Positions 36,146 through 48,421 of a DNA stretch of 52,891 bases are shown in pieces (the stretch's first letter is position 1; the number at the start of each line of letters is the position of its first letter). Source of the stretch: Reclinomonas americana ATCC 50394 (lineage: Eukaryota); the NCBI GenBank assembly GCA_048213135.1, contig PS015137.1:25880-78770 (forward strand), given 5' to 3'. The notes below the pieces were generated by a model that did no database searches, was not told the DNA's origin, and saw nothing but the letters and a program-made list of their open reading frames with translations. Both the position numbers and the translations under genes were made by a program.

Positions 36146-39100
36146 TTATTTCGCACTCGGCACCAGCAAGAAGGAGCTTACGTAGCCAATGCCCTTGACT
36201 GCGCACAGCCCCACGAATCGTGAGCAGTCAGACTCCCTTACGCTTCTGCTCCACCACCGTCTCTCACCTTCCACAGTCGACGCCTCCACCTCGAACAGTC
36301 CGCGGACGTGTCGATTCACCGACTGCACACATGGACGAGTGAGCGGTCACGAAAAGCAGCAAACTCCGTGTCTTATCTCCCCCACCTCGCTGAGTTGAAT
36401 CCTGTTCATCGGCGCTGAGCTCTCCATCCGCGACGCCATGTTGACCGAGTCTATTGCACGGCACCACCAGTAAGACAACAATTCATTCACCAACAAACAA
36501 ACAACTGCTGACTTGATGACCACGTCCAACCATAACACATCAACACAACCACCAGTCTTGTGGGCAGCGGAAGGTTTTCTTGTTCTTCTTCTTGTTCTTT
36601 TTCTCGTTCTTCTTGTTCTTGTTCTTCTTCCTTCTTTTTCTTGCTCATGTTCTTTTTCTAGTTCTTGTTTTTCTTGTTCTTGGCTTGTTCTTCTTGTTTC
36701 TTCTTCCTCCTCCTTCTCCTCCTCCTCCTTCTTCTGCCCCCTCTCTCTCCCTCGCGCCCCTTCCTCTCTTTCTCACGCACCACCATACATGTCAAACGTG
36801 CGAATGAGACCAGCCACAATGCCCGACGTCACCGGGCCGGTGTTCAGACCCATGCGGAAGTCAATCTCCAATTGATGCTGTGCGAGGCGACAACTTCAGC
36901 AGCTGGGCACACAACGCACCTGGTGCATCATTCTCACCTCGCGACACAGCTGCAAGATGGCGTGCCTGGCATCTAACGCAAACTCCACCATGGCCGTCGC
37001 ATGATCATGTCGCGGTGCATACATGCCCGAGACGGCAAGATACGCCGATCCTGTGCATTGAGATTGAGACACGCGCGCACACACAGACCTTTGCGTACAG
37101 ACACAGGAGACTCACCAATAGTCTTTACCCGTTCCACGAGGTGCTTGCGCACCAGTGCATCAAACGCACTCATCGCGAGGTGCAACACGTCGACTTTTTC
37201 ACGCAGACTCACCACCTCTGCGCTCAGGACAGCAGAAAAAGGAGAGATCAGCAAAGGCCGACACAAGCGGCAGTGAAAGCAAGACGAACCACGAGTGGAG
37301 GCACGCCGCACAGAGACCACCTTGATGAACAAACAGGTGACCTCCTTGTGGAAATCACAGAATGTTGTCTGTTCGTCGTCCGCTTGCTGTGTATGTGCAC
37401 GACACAAGCGGTGAGTGTCCAAGGACAGCTATAGCTCAAGGCTCACCACGAGGCACTCACCACATCCAGGATATCCCTCGCGGCGCTCATTGATTTCGCT
37501 GTCAGCTGCTCGAGTGCCGCGGCAGGGAACGACAGTCGAAGAAGCTGTGTTGCACGACAGATGAGCACGCAGAGCCGATCAACCCCACTCCTTTATCGAT
37601 CGTCGCACCTGCTGCAGTCGCTCGTTCGCCTCACGCTGCACATTGACACGCTGCGCCAGCAAGTGCAGTTCCGAGACACGAACCAGCAGACTTGATTCCC
37701 CCTGGTCAGTGACCAGAATACCGCGCACGAGCACACGGACGCTGTCCAACCGACCGACACACAGCTGTCAGCACTTTGTGCACATGCAGCGCAAAGCTAC
37801 TATTACATGGAGACGCAACAGTTGACCATCCTTTCGATGCACCTCGGCCTCCACTGTCGTCTCCGACACCAGCTCCGACCGCGTAACTGGTCGCAACATG
37901 TCCTCGACAGTCCATTGTTGAGAGCCTGCACTTGCGTGAGACAGGCACTTCACATCACCTCACACAAGCAACCAGCCAACTCACCGACAACCTCTTCGAC
38001 AGAATACCCCAACACTCGCGTGACCGACATGTTGCACCAGCGAATCCTGTCGTGCTCGTCGACCAACAATATCTGTTCGCATCATAGAGTGTGAATTGTC
38101 CATGCAGCCACACGAGCTCCTCCCCCCCAGCTCTCTCCACGAAACTACGTCGCTGCTCGTTGACAGCATGCCATTCATCCGGTCAATCCTCTCTTCGTAG
38201 TCGGCGCGCACCTCGGCCTCGTTCTTGTCGCTGTGCATGACGGCGCACAGGGAGCGCTGACCGCCAACCGTCACATCCGCCACATGGTATGCAATGGGGA
38301 TCAGCGTGCCGTCCTTGCGCAGACCCTGGACCGCGCGGGCACTGAACGCACACAAGGATATGCGTCAGAAAGCAAGTTCCTGAATGCGATGGTGAGATAT
38401 GAAAGCTGGAAGTCACCTTTGCAAGCCGCTACGCTCATTGCGTGCCAAGTACGCTTCGACGTAGCTGTGTGAGCGTGTGAGAGAGTGAAGTCAATATACA
38501 GTCGCAAGATGCCTGCCATCATTGGCACGCAACGAGTGGTGGCGCTCCGAGTGCGGAGCCGGCATGAGCTGACGCACATTTCGACCGATCAACTCAGCCG
38601 CGACGGGATAGCCAAACAAGTCCAGCATCGCCTTGTTCACTTGCTGAATGGTGCCTGACGTGTCCGTCACAACTACCGCTTCAGGCATAGTCGTCACCAT
38701 CGACAGTGTCTGATACATTGCCATGAGCGATCGGCTCTGAGTGGGAACTAAAGACTGCGCGTACTCACCGTATCGTGCATGCGACGCGCTTCGGCCTCTG
38801 CTGCCAGTGCCGCCCCACAGTCCTTCAGAATGGCAGCGAAAAGAAGACGGCCGTCGATATAAATCTCCATCACAATCAGTCGAATGGGCACATCGTGACC
38901 CTGACGATGCCTCGCCTGCGTAAAGTATGCGGTCAGATAGCATGGGAACAAGAGAATTCCTGGAACTTCCAAACTCACCCCGGTGGTGCGTTCCAACCGG
39001 AAAGACGAGCGTGTCGTCGAAGTGTTGATCTGCTGCAGCAATCGGCTCATGTAAACATCGTGCGCAGCGTGAATGTGTGGCGGAATGATGGTCTGCGATT

Positions 39101-42100
39101 CGTGTCATGGAGAGTATGAATTGATGGCATCACCACCAGTGAGCCGTTGTGTGCAGTACCTTGACACTGGAGCCCACGATTTCGTCGGACGTATAACCAA
39201 GCATACGAGTAAATGTCTTGTTCACAGACTCGACTGTGAGATCCTCCGTGGCGATAATCATTCCGAAACCTATCGCAGATGTCAGAACTACAAGAAATAA
39301 GAGCACAAAGCGAGAAGACCAAACAAACGCAACTTTGTGTCAATTCTTTCAACATGTGCTCGCTCTCGTTCAGCTTCTGATTCAGCGCAATCGACACCAG
39401 CAGCGACTCTGACGAAGGTGCGCACGTCAGTGATGCGCGCAGAGAAAAAACAGGAAGTGGTGGTCATTCGGAGCGCAACGTGGAAGGAGTGACTGCTGCA
39501 ACTCCGGAACCGAGTTGATCGTAGCTGCTGATAGTCCAGCGATGACTCCACGGAAAAAGCGCAGCTCCTGATCACAGGTGCGTAGCAGCGGCGCAATCAG
39601 CAGCCACGATCCGAGAGCGGCCACCACGAGACCGAGTCCCAGCAGAATCTGACCGCCGACAACCAGTTTCGACATGTAGTCTTCGTAGGTGCCACTGTAT
39701 AGCTGCAAGAAGCGAGTCAGATTGCAGGATGCATTAACATGAGATAAACATGGTAATCACTCACTTCCGCCGCCTCGTCAAAGAGCACATGCAACACGGG
39801 CTGAGCGGCCAAAAGGAACTCCATGGAATCCATTTCAGCACTCGTCACGGGAGGCCCGCGCTCTGCCGCAGCGAGACCGGTGGCAATCATTTTCTCAACC
39901 TGTTCACATGCACGATCCGTGAGATTGTTGTTGCATCAGCGGAGTAAAGCACACAGACGACAAACTTACCAAGGAATCAACCGGCGCGCAGTCCACATCG
40001 ACCCGCCACACTGGAGTCACATTGCTGCCGCGCTCATCCACTCGACAACGCGCATCGTACAACATCGAGTGTTGCAAGGCATCATCTTTCGCCGAGAAAC
40101 CACTGTTGTCGATCACTTCGAGAACGGCCCTGGCATCAATACTTGCCTGATGCGCAAGTGTCAAAACGATGAACGATGATGCAGCTCCCGCACACAGAAA
40201 AACCTGTGTAGCCTCTTCCTTCAGACTGGCCAGCAACTCGTCAGTCGGCGTGAGACCTGTCGGCTTCGTGTATTGCCACATGGCAAGGGTTAAGGCCGCC
40301 ATACTCCCTGCTCGCCTGTGAATCACGTCCACCGTGCGAATGGCGGTTGCCGTGGTAGAATCAGCGTGTGAGGATACCCACCTGCCCACGCACACACACA
40401 TTGACTCTCATCAGTGATCGCCGTGCTGGAATTAGCAACACACTGCCAGACGCAACGCCAAGACAAAGATGATTGCCACTGTGCACAGCATGATGACTGT
40501 GGCGCGGAAGGCGAGGCTGCTGAGGAACTGCCAGTTCTCTCGCGTGCACTGTGTTGGCAGATACTTGGACTCGACCACCACTGACGGTCGCACACCCTAC
40601 ACGAAAGAAAAAACGGAACAGTCAGTGCGTGCCTCGGTGTTCAAACACATCAAGAACAGAGTGCGCAACATTTCGGTCACTCTCCGACATGTCGAGATAT
40701 GTGAGGTACTGCTGCTGCAGTTTGAGTCGCATGGCGGCAGTTTCCTTTTTCGGCACAAGCCGACACGTCACCAGTCCCTCACGTAGCCTGCGGCGCACCA
40801 TGAACAGCGCCGGCACGAAGAGAAAGACGAGGAAACCAACGGCGACACTGCAGAAGAAAATTCAGCATGAGTGATGACTGGCAACAACCGACAAACACAT
40901 ACTACACTGAAACGCACCCAGCAGCCACGCCCACATAAACCCACAGCAGAGAACTCGCGTTTGTCGCTTCCTCGATTGTTTGGTCGATCATGTCTTCACA
41001 CACTTCCAGCCATGCGCTCCGTGCTCGCAGGCTGTTGCGCCCGGCACTCTCGATGAACGCCGGCTGCCGCAAAGCAGGGGTACCCGCTTGCGCAAGAGAG
41101 CAAGAGGCATACAGCTGCATCGAGAGCCGTATCAGTGTTTGCACAGCGAGGGTGCACTCATGAAGCAGCAGGAACAGACCGTCAGAGAGTCACTGTGATC
41201 CACAATCACATCCAGGTTGTGCTTCGGTCGCACCATCATGTTGACCTTGGGCACCTCGAATTGCGCCAAAATGACATTGTGTATGACGGCCTCGCTGTCC
41301 AACCGACTCCAATCGGAGTGTAGCACTGCAAGGGCATGGTGCGACGTGGTAATGTTGGAGAGGATGCGATCTCTGAAGACATCGACTCGCGCGCCGAACG
41401 AGGACGGTGCATCCTGCTTGGCATACTCGTGCATCTGTAGCGCCGAGAGGCTGGCCAATGTCGCATCGATGCTACACACCGAGAACACAAACGCGGTCAG
41501 ATAATGCCATATACAGCACATGAGCGCCGACCCTCCACACCTTGCATCGATCACAATCTCAAATACTGCGCGCCTGCCGAGCGTATCTTGCATGGTGGTG
41601 TTTGTCAGGACGCCGACAAAGATGAGCACAAAGCAGAGAGCGCCAGCGGTGAGCAACAGGGCCCAGTTGGCTCGAGTCACAGCCACAATCTGTGAAGCGG
41701 GGGAAAGGAGGAGAACAACTGTTGGTCAAGAAGGAACAATCACACACACACAAAGTACAATGAGTCTGACTGAAACCTTTTCGGCGGCAATGATGCGCCT
41801 GACAGTGCTCGAGTTGGAGTATTCACTGGCGGCAAAAGACTTGGAGTGACACGAGGCACTGCGACGAACGGTCAGTACAGATCGCATCCTGTGAGGCATT
41901 CTGTTGACTGACCTGTCTCCGTTGGATGACGCACAGCGGCTTCCCGAATCGCTTCCACGGCCTCGAGCGTCTCGATTGGGAACTAGGTCGCAAAGCACAA
42001 ATGTTAGCGACTGTCGTACGGCTTGGATGAAAACCTACGCAACTCTGATGGACAATGCGAACACTCGACTTCATGTTTGCATGCTGCACAAAGAGAATGA

Positions 42101-45100
42101 GTGAGCGACACCCACTACAAAGTACATAATTCAGGCAACTGACCCTGGACGCCGTACGCTTCTTCAAGTGAGCAGACTTCAATGAAGGCAGGCTGGCATC
42201 GTCCTTTGTGACTGGGATGTTGCGGCTTGACACCGCGGGCTGGGGTATCACCTTGACGGTCTCCACCTCCTCGTCAGGCATCTCCACAGACGACACAGAA
42301 GACGGCAACGATTGATCTGCCCTGCAGTCTGCAACAGCGACATCGCCTTCAGTACGCGCACAAAGACGCAGCGTGGTTGATAGAAGTGCCTCCTCACCAA
42401 AGTCATCGTCGCCGTCACCATCCTGGATATCGAGCTTCGAATTGAGCTTCCCGAAAGAGCTGCCAACTTGGTCGTCGCCATGGAGCATTGCATGCAAATG
42501 CTGTGGAAATGATGAGAGCGTGTGGCGAAAAAATAGGAAGACGGGGCGGCGATCATGCAGACCTGCGCAGTTTCCAGAAGAGAGAACTCGCGCTCGGCAT
42601 CGCTCGCTCGCGATCGATTGGCGCCCTCCGCCTCCACGCTGTCAGCCAGTTCGTCCAGAAAACGGCCTCGCCTAGCATCGCCCTTGATGTCGGTCACATA
42701 CTGCACACAATGCGCGGTTTAACAACTCAACATACTGGGTGCAGAAGGACATCGGTGCACACCATCGAGTAGAGCGAGATGAGCTTGAAGTCCGTTGGAT
42801 AGTCCTCCAATATGGACCTGAATAGCCGGTCGGTGACATCCTCGCGTTCGTGCAGAGTGAGCAGCAGGGAAAGTAGCTTGGCGTCTGCACACCTCAAAGA
42901 CAATTAGGGAAACAGGCACATCGCAGCGAGGTATCAGCACACAGTCGGCCAACCTTGACGATGAGCCGCAGACTCGAGTTCTCTCCACACCGCGACCGAC
43001 AGTGAATAGCACTTGCACATCTCCTGATGCAAGGCCGCCACGCGCTCCTTGTACAACACTTCGGCATATTTTCGGTCGTCGCCGGTCGCCAGCCGAGCAC
43101 CCAGAGACCACACCACCTGCTCCAAGTCGAGGGGCAAGCATTGATTGGCCTCGTGGACGGCTGTCACGTGGGCCACCAGGGATAGCGCCTGCTCCAATTC
43201 CTCTCCGTACTCGCACAGGTAGAGAGCGTGCAGCAGTGGGACCAGGAGGTTTGTCGGTGCATCCGCGGTGGAGAAGCGCAGGGTGCCTGTGGTGAACAGG
43301 GAAGAGCACAGGAAACGTGAGGAGAGGGACACAATGGTGAGAAGGGTAGAGTTGTGAAACTGAAGTGTCGGCGTCAGAGTCCGGCCACGGTGAGGAGAGG
43401 CAAGACAGATGGAGAGTGGGGAAAGGGAGCGGGAGAGGAGTGGAGGGGGAGAGGGGAGAGGGGAGAGGGGAGAGGAGGAGGGGGGAGAGGAGGAGAGGGG
43501 AGACGAGGAGAGGGGATAGAGAAGAGAGCGAGCGAGTTTGACAGACACACAGACACATACCCGCGAACATGCAGCGAGAGAGATAGCACGACACAAAGAA
43601 GAGACTGCACAGCGCAAATTCTCGAAGAGGGAAACTCTTTCACGGCACAGGGATGACAATGAGAGAAGAAAAACAACACTGCATCACCAAGGAGCCGACA
43701 CTCACCGAGCTCAAACAAGTCAATGGCTCGAGCCCACGGCTCCAGTGTTTTCGCTGACGGAAGGCGCGCGGCAATCTCCACCGCCCACACACTCGGGAAT
43801 AGGCGCGTCAAGTCGTCAGAGCCGTCTGCTCGACGACTGCCTCTGTCGCTCGCCGCGCTGCTGGATCCACTCTGCGCAAGCGTGTGTGTGTTCCGTGAGG
43901 AGAATGCAGTGCACCCTTGCAGAATAAGATACAAACCATGAACCGCTCAGTCGGCGACGCCACTGTCAGCCGACTGCTACTCTTGCCAGCCGCCAACGTC
44001 GCATCGCCGTCCGCAAAACGATCAATCACGCTACCAATTAGCCGCTGTCGCCAGCGATGCAGCAGCCACCCGATGCACCAACCCAGCAGCAGGCTGCCAC
44101 CAATCACCGCCAGTGACATCCACCACGCACTTGCCCGGATCACCGACAACGTGCCCGCGGCGACAGCAGCACACAGCATGGCCACGCACCACGCCACAGA
44201 GGCGTGACAAGCCATGGGCACTGAGAAGGGCAAGAAACGCAGTGCGCCGTACAAGAGAAGCACTCCAGCAGCCGCACCAACGCCGGCATGCAGCAGAGGC
44301 ATCGTGTGCGCGGCATACGTGTGTGTGGCAGCGAGGACAATGCGGATGATGTTGAGGGTGGCAAAGAAGCGGCCGGAGAGGATGCCGGCCGACCACAAGC
44401 GCGAGGCCGGGCCAAAGGGCATGGAGCTGAGAGGTGGAAGAGGTTGAGAGAGGGAGGGAGAGAGAGGGAGAGACAGGGAGAGAGAGAGGAGTCGTTTGAA
44501 GGAACGAAACATGAGAGGCACGACTGTCACCATGATGCCAGCGACAATGACGAGGAGAATGCCGACGGCTGCCAGCACCAGGTTGGTGCCTTCGTCGCAC
44601 ACTGCGCATGAGACACAAGGATCAGCAGCAGTGCATTCTCTCTCTTTCTCTCTCTCTCTCTGTTCCCCTTGTCCTTCTCACTCTTTCTCTCTGTCTGTTG
44701 AAGGGCACACGCAACTCCACTCTGGATCGCTGTCATTTACCACACTCAAATGCCGCAAAGTCGCAAAATCGCAGTGCAGAGGACGCAGCAAAACCAGGAC
44801 AGCGGCCGAGAGAAGCGGACCGCTGAGCACCGCGAGCTGTGTGCTTGTGTGTGAGAGAGAAAAGAGAGATAGGAGCATCCAATTACTTCCAACGTCACCT
44901 GCACGCGACACAGGAGGCCAATCATCGAGGTGCCTGCAGAGAGTTTTGATTTCGAACTCATCCTCTGGTTTTGCCGCGAAATGTAAAGCAGTTGGGCGGC
45001 CAGCACAACAATTGCAATGGCGACGTATGCAAAGGCCACATGGAAACGCGATAACGAGAGAGTCTGCGAGGGATGGGGCACGCGCTTTGTGTGAGGAACC

Positions 45101-45456
45101 TGATCATGAATATTCTTCAGCTGGTGCGCAGCAATCGACTGATTCCCATCGCGGGATGCGGTGATGACGTGCCTGTGGCAGGAGTGCGGCGGCCAGAAAC
45201 GTTGACTGCGCGGCCCCGGGGAGGTTCCCAGGCGACACCACCGTGCACACAGTCGACAGGAAGGTGACCAGCACACACAGCGCGTCAGCGGCGATTGCCT
45301 GCGCGCGCACAAAACTGAGTCAATCATTTTCCATTTCTCAACCTCCCTCGACAACTCCCACGCAACGTGCGTGAAGAGCGCGTGCGTGCCAGCGCGGTCG
45401 CGGAAGATGTGTTGCAGTGTGCGGGTGAAGCCGTGGTACATGGCGGTGAGCGTCAT
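36146..45456 (-). CDS. Multi-transmembrane receptor-like protein: TmcB/TmcC-like N-terminal region, three PAS domains and a C-terminal class III nucleotide cyclase domain (about 30 introns)
   Basis: Hydrophobic TM stretches; FRSILEDYPTDFKLISLYSMYVTDIKGD (TmcB/C-like motif); PAS motifs VNKTFTRMLGYTSDEIVG, VNKAMLDLFGY...LIGRNVRQLMP...RKDG and CNMSVTRVLGYSVEEVVG...RKDG; cyclase motifs VKTIGSAYLAVSG, FRMGLNTGPV, FDMYGDSVNMASRMES, VKGIG. TAA at 36146. Confidence 0.85.
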
Positions 45457-46983
45457 GAGTTGCAAGCCGACAATCGCCTTTTCTGTGTTGGTGGCGTCGT
45501 TCGCGCGTTCTTTCCGAGTTCTTCTCTCTCTCTGTGCCTTGCACGCGCTGACACACACGCACAGACTCGAGTGCTGGTGTGAGCAGGCGAGAGACTGCTT
45601 CGCGGAGTCAGGCGGGTCTCTCTTTTCTCTCTCACACACGCACGCAAATAGAAAGCAGTCTAGTTTGTTCGACAAATATGCGCATGCAACGGCTGGAGCA
45701 TCTGAAAAGAATATTGAAATCCCGGAGTGAGAGCTGTCTGTGCCGAATGGTGAGCGATGCACGGCAGGGTTGGTGTGTGCAGAGATCTCCATCGGTGAGT
45801 CGTTCAAGCTGAACGTGGTTGTCTTCGAATATCGCCCCCGGTACCGGTACCCAGTATCACCTCATGCAGAGCACAAAGGGTGAACAGGGTGGATCGAGGT
45901 CGAACTCTAGCGAGATTTGCCGAGAAACCGTGGTGCACACCCGAATAGTAATAGAAACTTCAATGATCTACAGATCGCCAACAGGTCTCGTGTGCTTACC
46001 TTCTGCAAATAGAACTGTTTTAAGTGTGTCGTCGATGCTGAGAATAAAGGTCGACCAGAATCAAGCCCTATTCAGGACACACAGCCTCCAGGCCAGGAAG
46101 AAGACTTCGTCAGCAGTGACCACCAGAAGACCATCGCGGTAACTACAGTACCAATTTTTGCGTGCGAGACGGCAACACGATCACCATCATGCGCAGTTTA
46201 GCAACTGACAAACGTGTTTCAACACAAGCACCACTGACAAGCGAACGCCTCTCTGCGTGCGCCCATGGGTCGCTCCGTGGAGCAGATCTAGATTTGGTTG
46301 ATCAAATGCATGATCGAGATTGCATGGTCTCTTGTTCTCCAACTCTTCTCTCCCTTCCTTGCGCATCATCTGCGTATCCTAGTCACAGTCTCTGCTCTCT
46401 CTGTTCTACCTGCTCTCTCTCCTCAATTTATGTAGACCGTAGTCGACAATTGTCCATCTGCGTTTTCTCCCCCACCCGTTAACTCTCTCTCTCTCTCACA
46501 CANNNNNNNNNNNNNNNNNNNNNNNNNNNNNNNNNNNNNNNNNNNNNNNNNNNNNNNNNNNNNNNNNNNNNNNNNNNNNNNNNNNNNNNNNNNNNNNNNN
46601 NNNNNNNNNNNNNNNNNNNNNNNNNNNNNNNNNNNNNNNNNNNNNNNNNNNNNNNNNNNNNNNNNNNNNNNNNNNNNNNNNNNNNNNNNNNNNNNNNNNN
46701 NNNNNNNNNNNNNNNNNNNNNNNNNNNNNNNNNNNNNNNNNNNNNNNNNNNNNNNNNNNNNNNNNNNNNNNNNNNNNNNNNNNNNNNNNNNNNNNNNNNN
46801 NNNNNNNNNNNNNNNNNNNNNNNNNNNNNNNNNNNNNNNNNNNNNNNNNNNNNNNNNNNNNNNNNNNNNNNNNNNNNNNNNNNNNNNNNNNNNNNNNNNN
46901 NNNNNNNNNNNNNNNNNNNNNNNNNNNNNNNNNNNNNNNNNNNNNNNNNNNNNNNNNNNNNNNNNNNNNNNNNNNNNNNNTAC

Positions 46984-47037
<54 letters not shown>

Positions 47038-47154
47038 ATCGCGAGTAAATGCCAGCGACGAACGTCGTCGGTCGTTCTCGGACATGCACAATCCACGCCC
47101 GACTCCGCCTCCACGCCCGCACACGCACACTCACGCACCGACTCGTCGCGTATC

Positions 47155-48234
47155 ATGCCAGTCTTCTTGAGCAGATGTATTCGTGGCAGAAGGGAAGTGA
47201 ACTCTGTCGCCATCACTCCCGATGGTCAGCACATCGTGAGTGGGGGTGCAGACAGGATGATTCGAGTGTGGTCATTTGCCAGTGGAGAACAAGTTCTGTG
47301 GTTTGCAGGGCACCATGGATGGGTGCACTGTGTCGCCGTGACTCCCGACGGACAACACGTCGTCAGCGGAGGTAGTGATGATTCAGTGCGGGTTTGGTCG
47401 CTGGCAAGCGCGGAAGAAGTGTGTCTGATCGCCGAACACAGTAAGGCTGTGATCGCCGTCGCCATCACTCCCGACGGGCACCACATTATCAGTGGGAGTC
47501 ACGACATGACTGTGCGCGCGTGGTCGCTCGCCACTGGAGAGGAAGTGCGGCGACTGGAGGGACACACGGGGTCGGTGTTCTCAGTCGCTGTCACTCCCGA
47601 CGGTCAGCGTGTCGTGAGTGGGAGTGGGGACAAGACGTTGCGTGTGTGGTCACTGGTGAGTGGCGAGGAGGTTCTAAGGATGAAGGGCCACACAGGTGCG
47701 GTAACTGCAGTTGCTGTCACCCGTGACGGTCAGCACGTGGTGAGCGGGAGTGACGACGTGACGGTGCGAGTGTGGCGTTTGGTGAGCGGAGAGGAGGTGC
47801 GACGGATGGATGGGCACACCGAATGTGTGTGGTGTGTTGCCGTCACTCCCGATGGTCGGCATGTCGTGAGTGCCGGCGGCTATAATATTACAGTGCTTGT
47901 GTGGTCACTGGCGAGTGGAGAAGAAGTGCGACGGTTGGAGGGACACACGAAAGATGTGTTCTCTGTTGCCGTCGCTCCCGACGGTCAGCATGTAGTGGGT
48001 GGGTGTGGCGATGGCACCGTACAAGTGTGGAGTACGCCGTGTGGCCTCGCCCCGAAGGAGCTCGATTGTGCGCTGTTGGCCTTGCGAGCGGTGCAGGAGA
48101 TACAGGCGGAGGAAGAGGAGGAAGTAGATCCACGCTGCCTGGTGGAGATCGTGCTGCGCTGTTTCCTGGTGGAGGAGGCAGAGGTTGTTCTGTTTCGCTG
48201 CTCGGTTGACGCGTACGTCGATCTCCGACTTTGA
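47155..48234 (+). CDS. Intronless 7-repeat WD40 protein with ~65-aa C-terminal helical tail
   Basis: Seven GH...VAVTPDG.HVVSG..D.TVRVWS repeats in one ORF of 359 aa. Confidence 0.9.
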   Translation: MPVFLSRCIRGRREVNSVAITPDGQHIVSGGADRMIRVWSFASGEQVLWFAGHHGWVHCVAVTPDGQHVVSGGSDDSVRVWSLASAEEVCLIAEHSKAVIAVAITPDGHHIISGSHDMTVRAWSLATGEEVRRLEGHTGSVFSVAVTPDGQRVVSGSGDKTLRVWSLVSGEEVLRMKGHTGAVTAVAVTRDGQHVVSGSDDVTVRVWRLVSGEEVRRMDGHTECVWCVAVTPDGRHVVSAGGYNITVLVWSLASGEEVRRLEGHTKDVFSVAVAPDGQHVVGGCGDGTVQVWSTPCGLAPKELDCALLALRAVQEIQAEEEEEVDPRCLVEIVLRCFLVEEAEVVLFRCSVDAYVDLRL

Positions 48235-48421
48235 TTCATCGTTGGTTTTCATTGGTTTCCTTCGTCACCTTGCACAAGCTCTCTTTCTCTCACGCATCAA
48301 TGAGTAAAGGCCAGCAACGTCGGATCACTGCAACGATCATTGCAACCTCACGTCGTCCTCAATTCTCAGGACAGCGCTCGCTGGTCGGCCCTGGTCTTCT
48401 ATACCTTCTTCCTCGTGCATC

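Noticed and set aside
46310-46335. gagattgcatggtctcttg faintly resembling U6 snRNA (also cttacct at ~45995 resembling the U1 5' end)
   Set aside because: Matches are too short and lack the flanking conserved snRNA sequence. No snRNA, tRNA or rRNA gene could be supported in the window.
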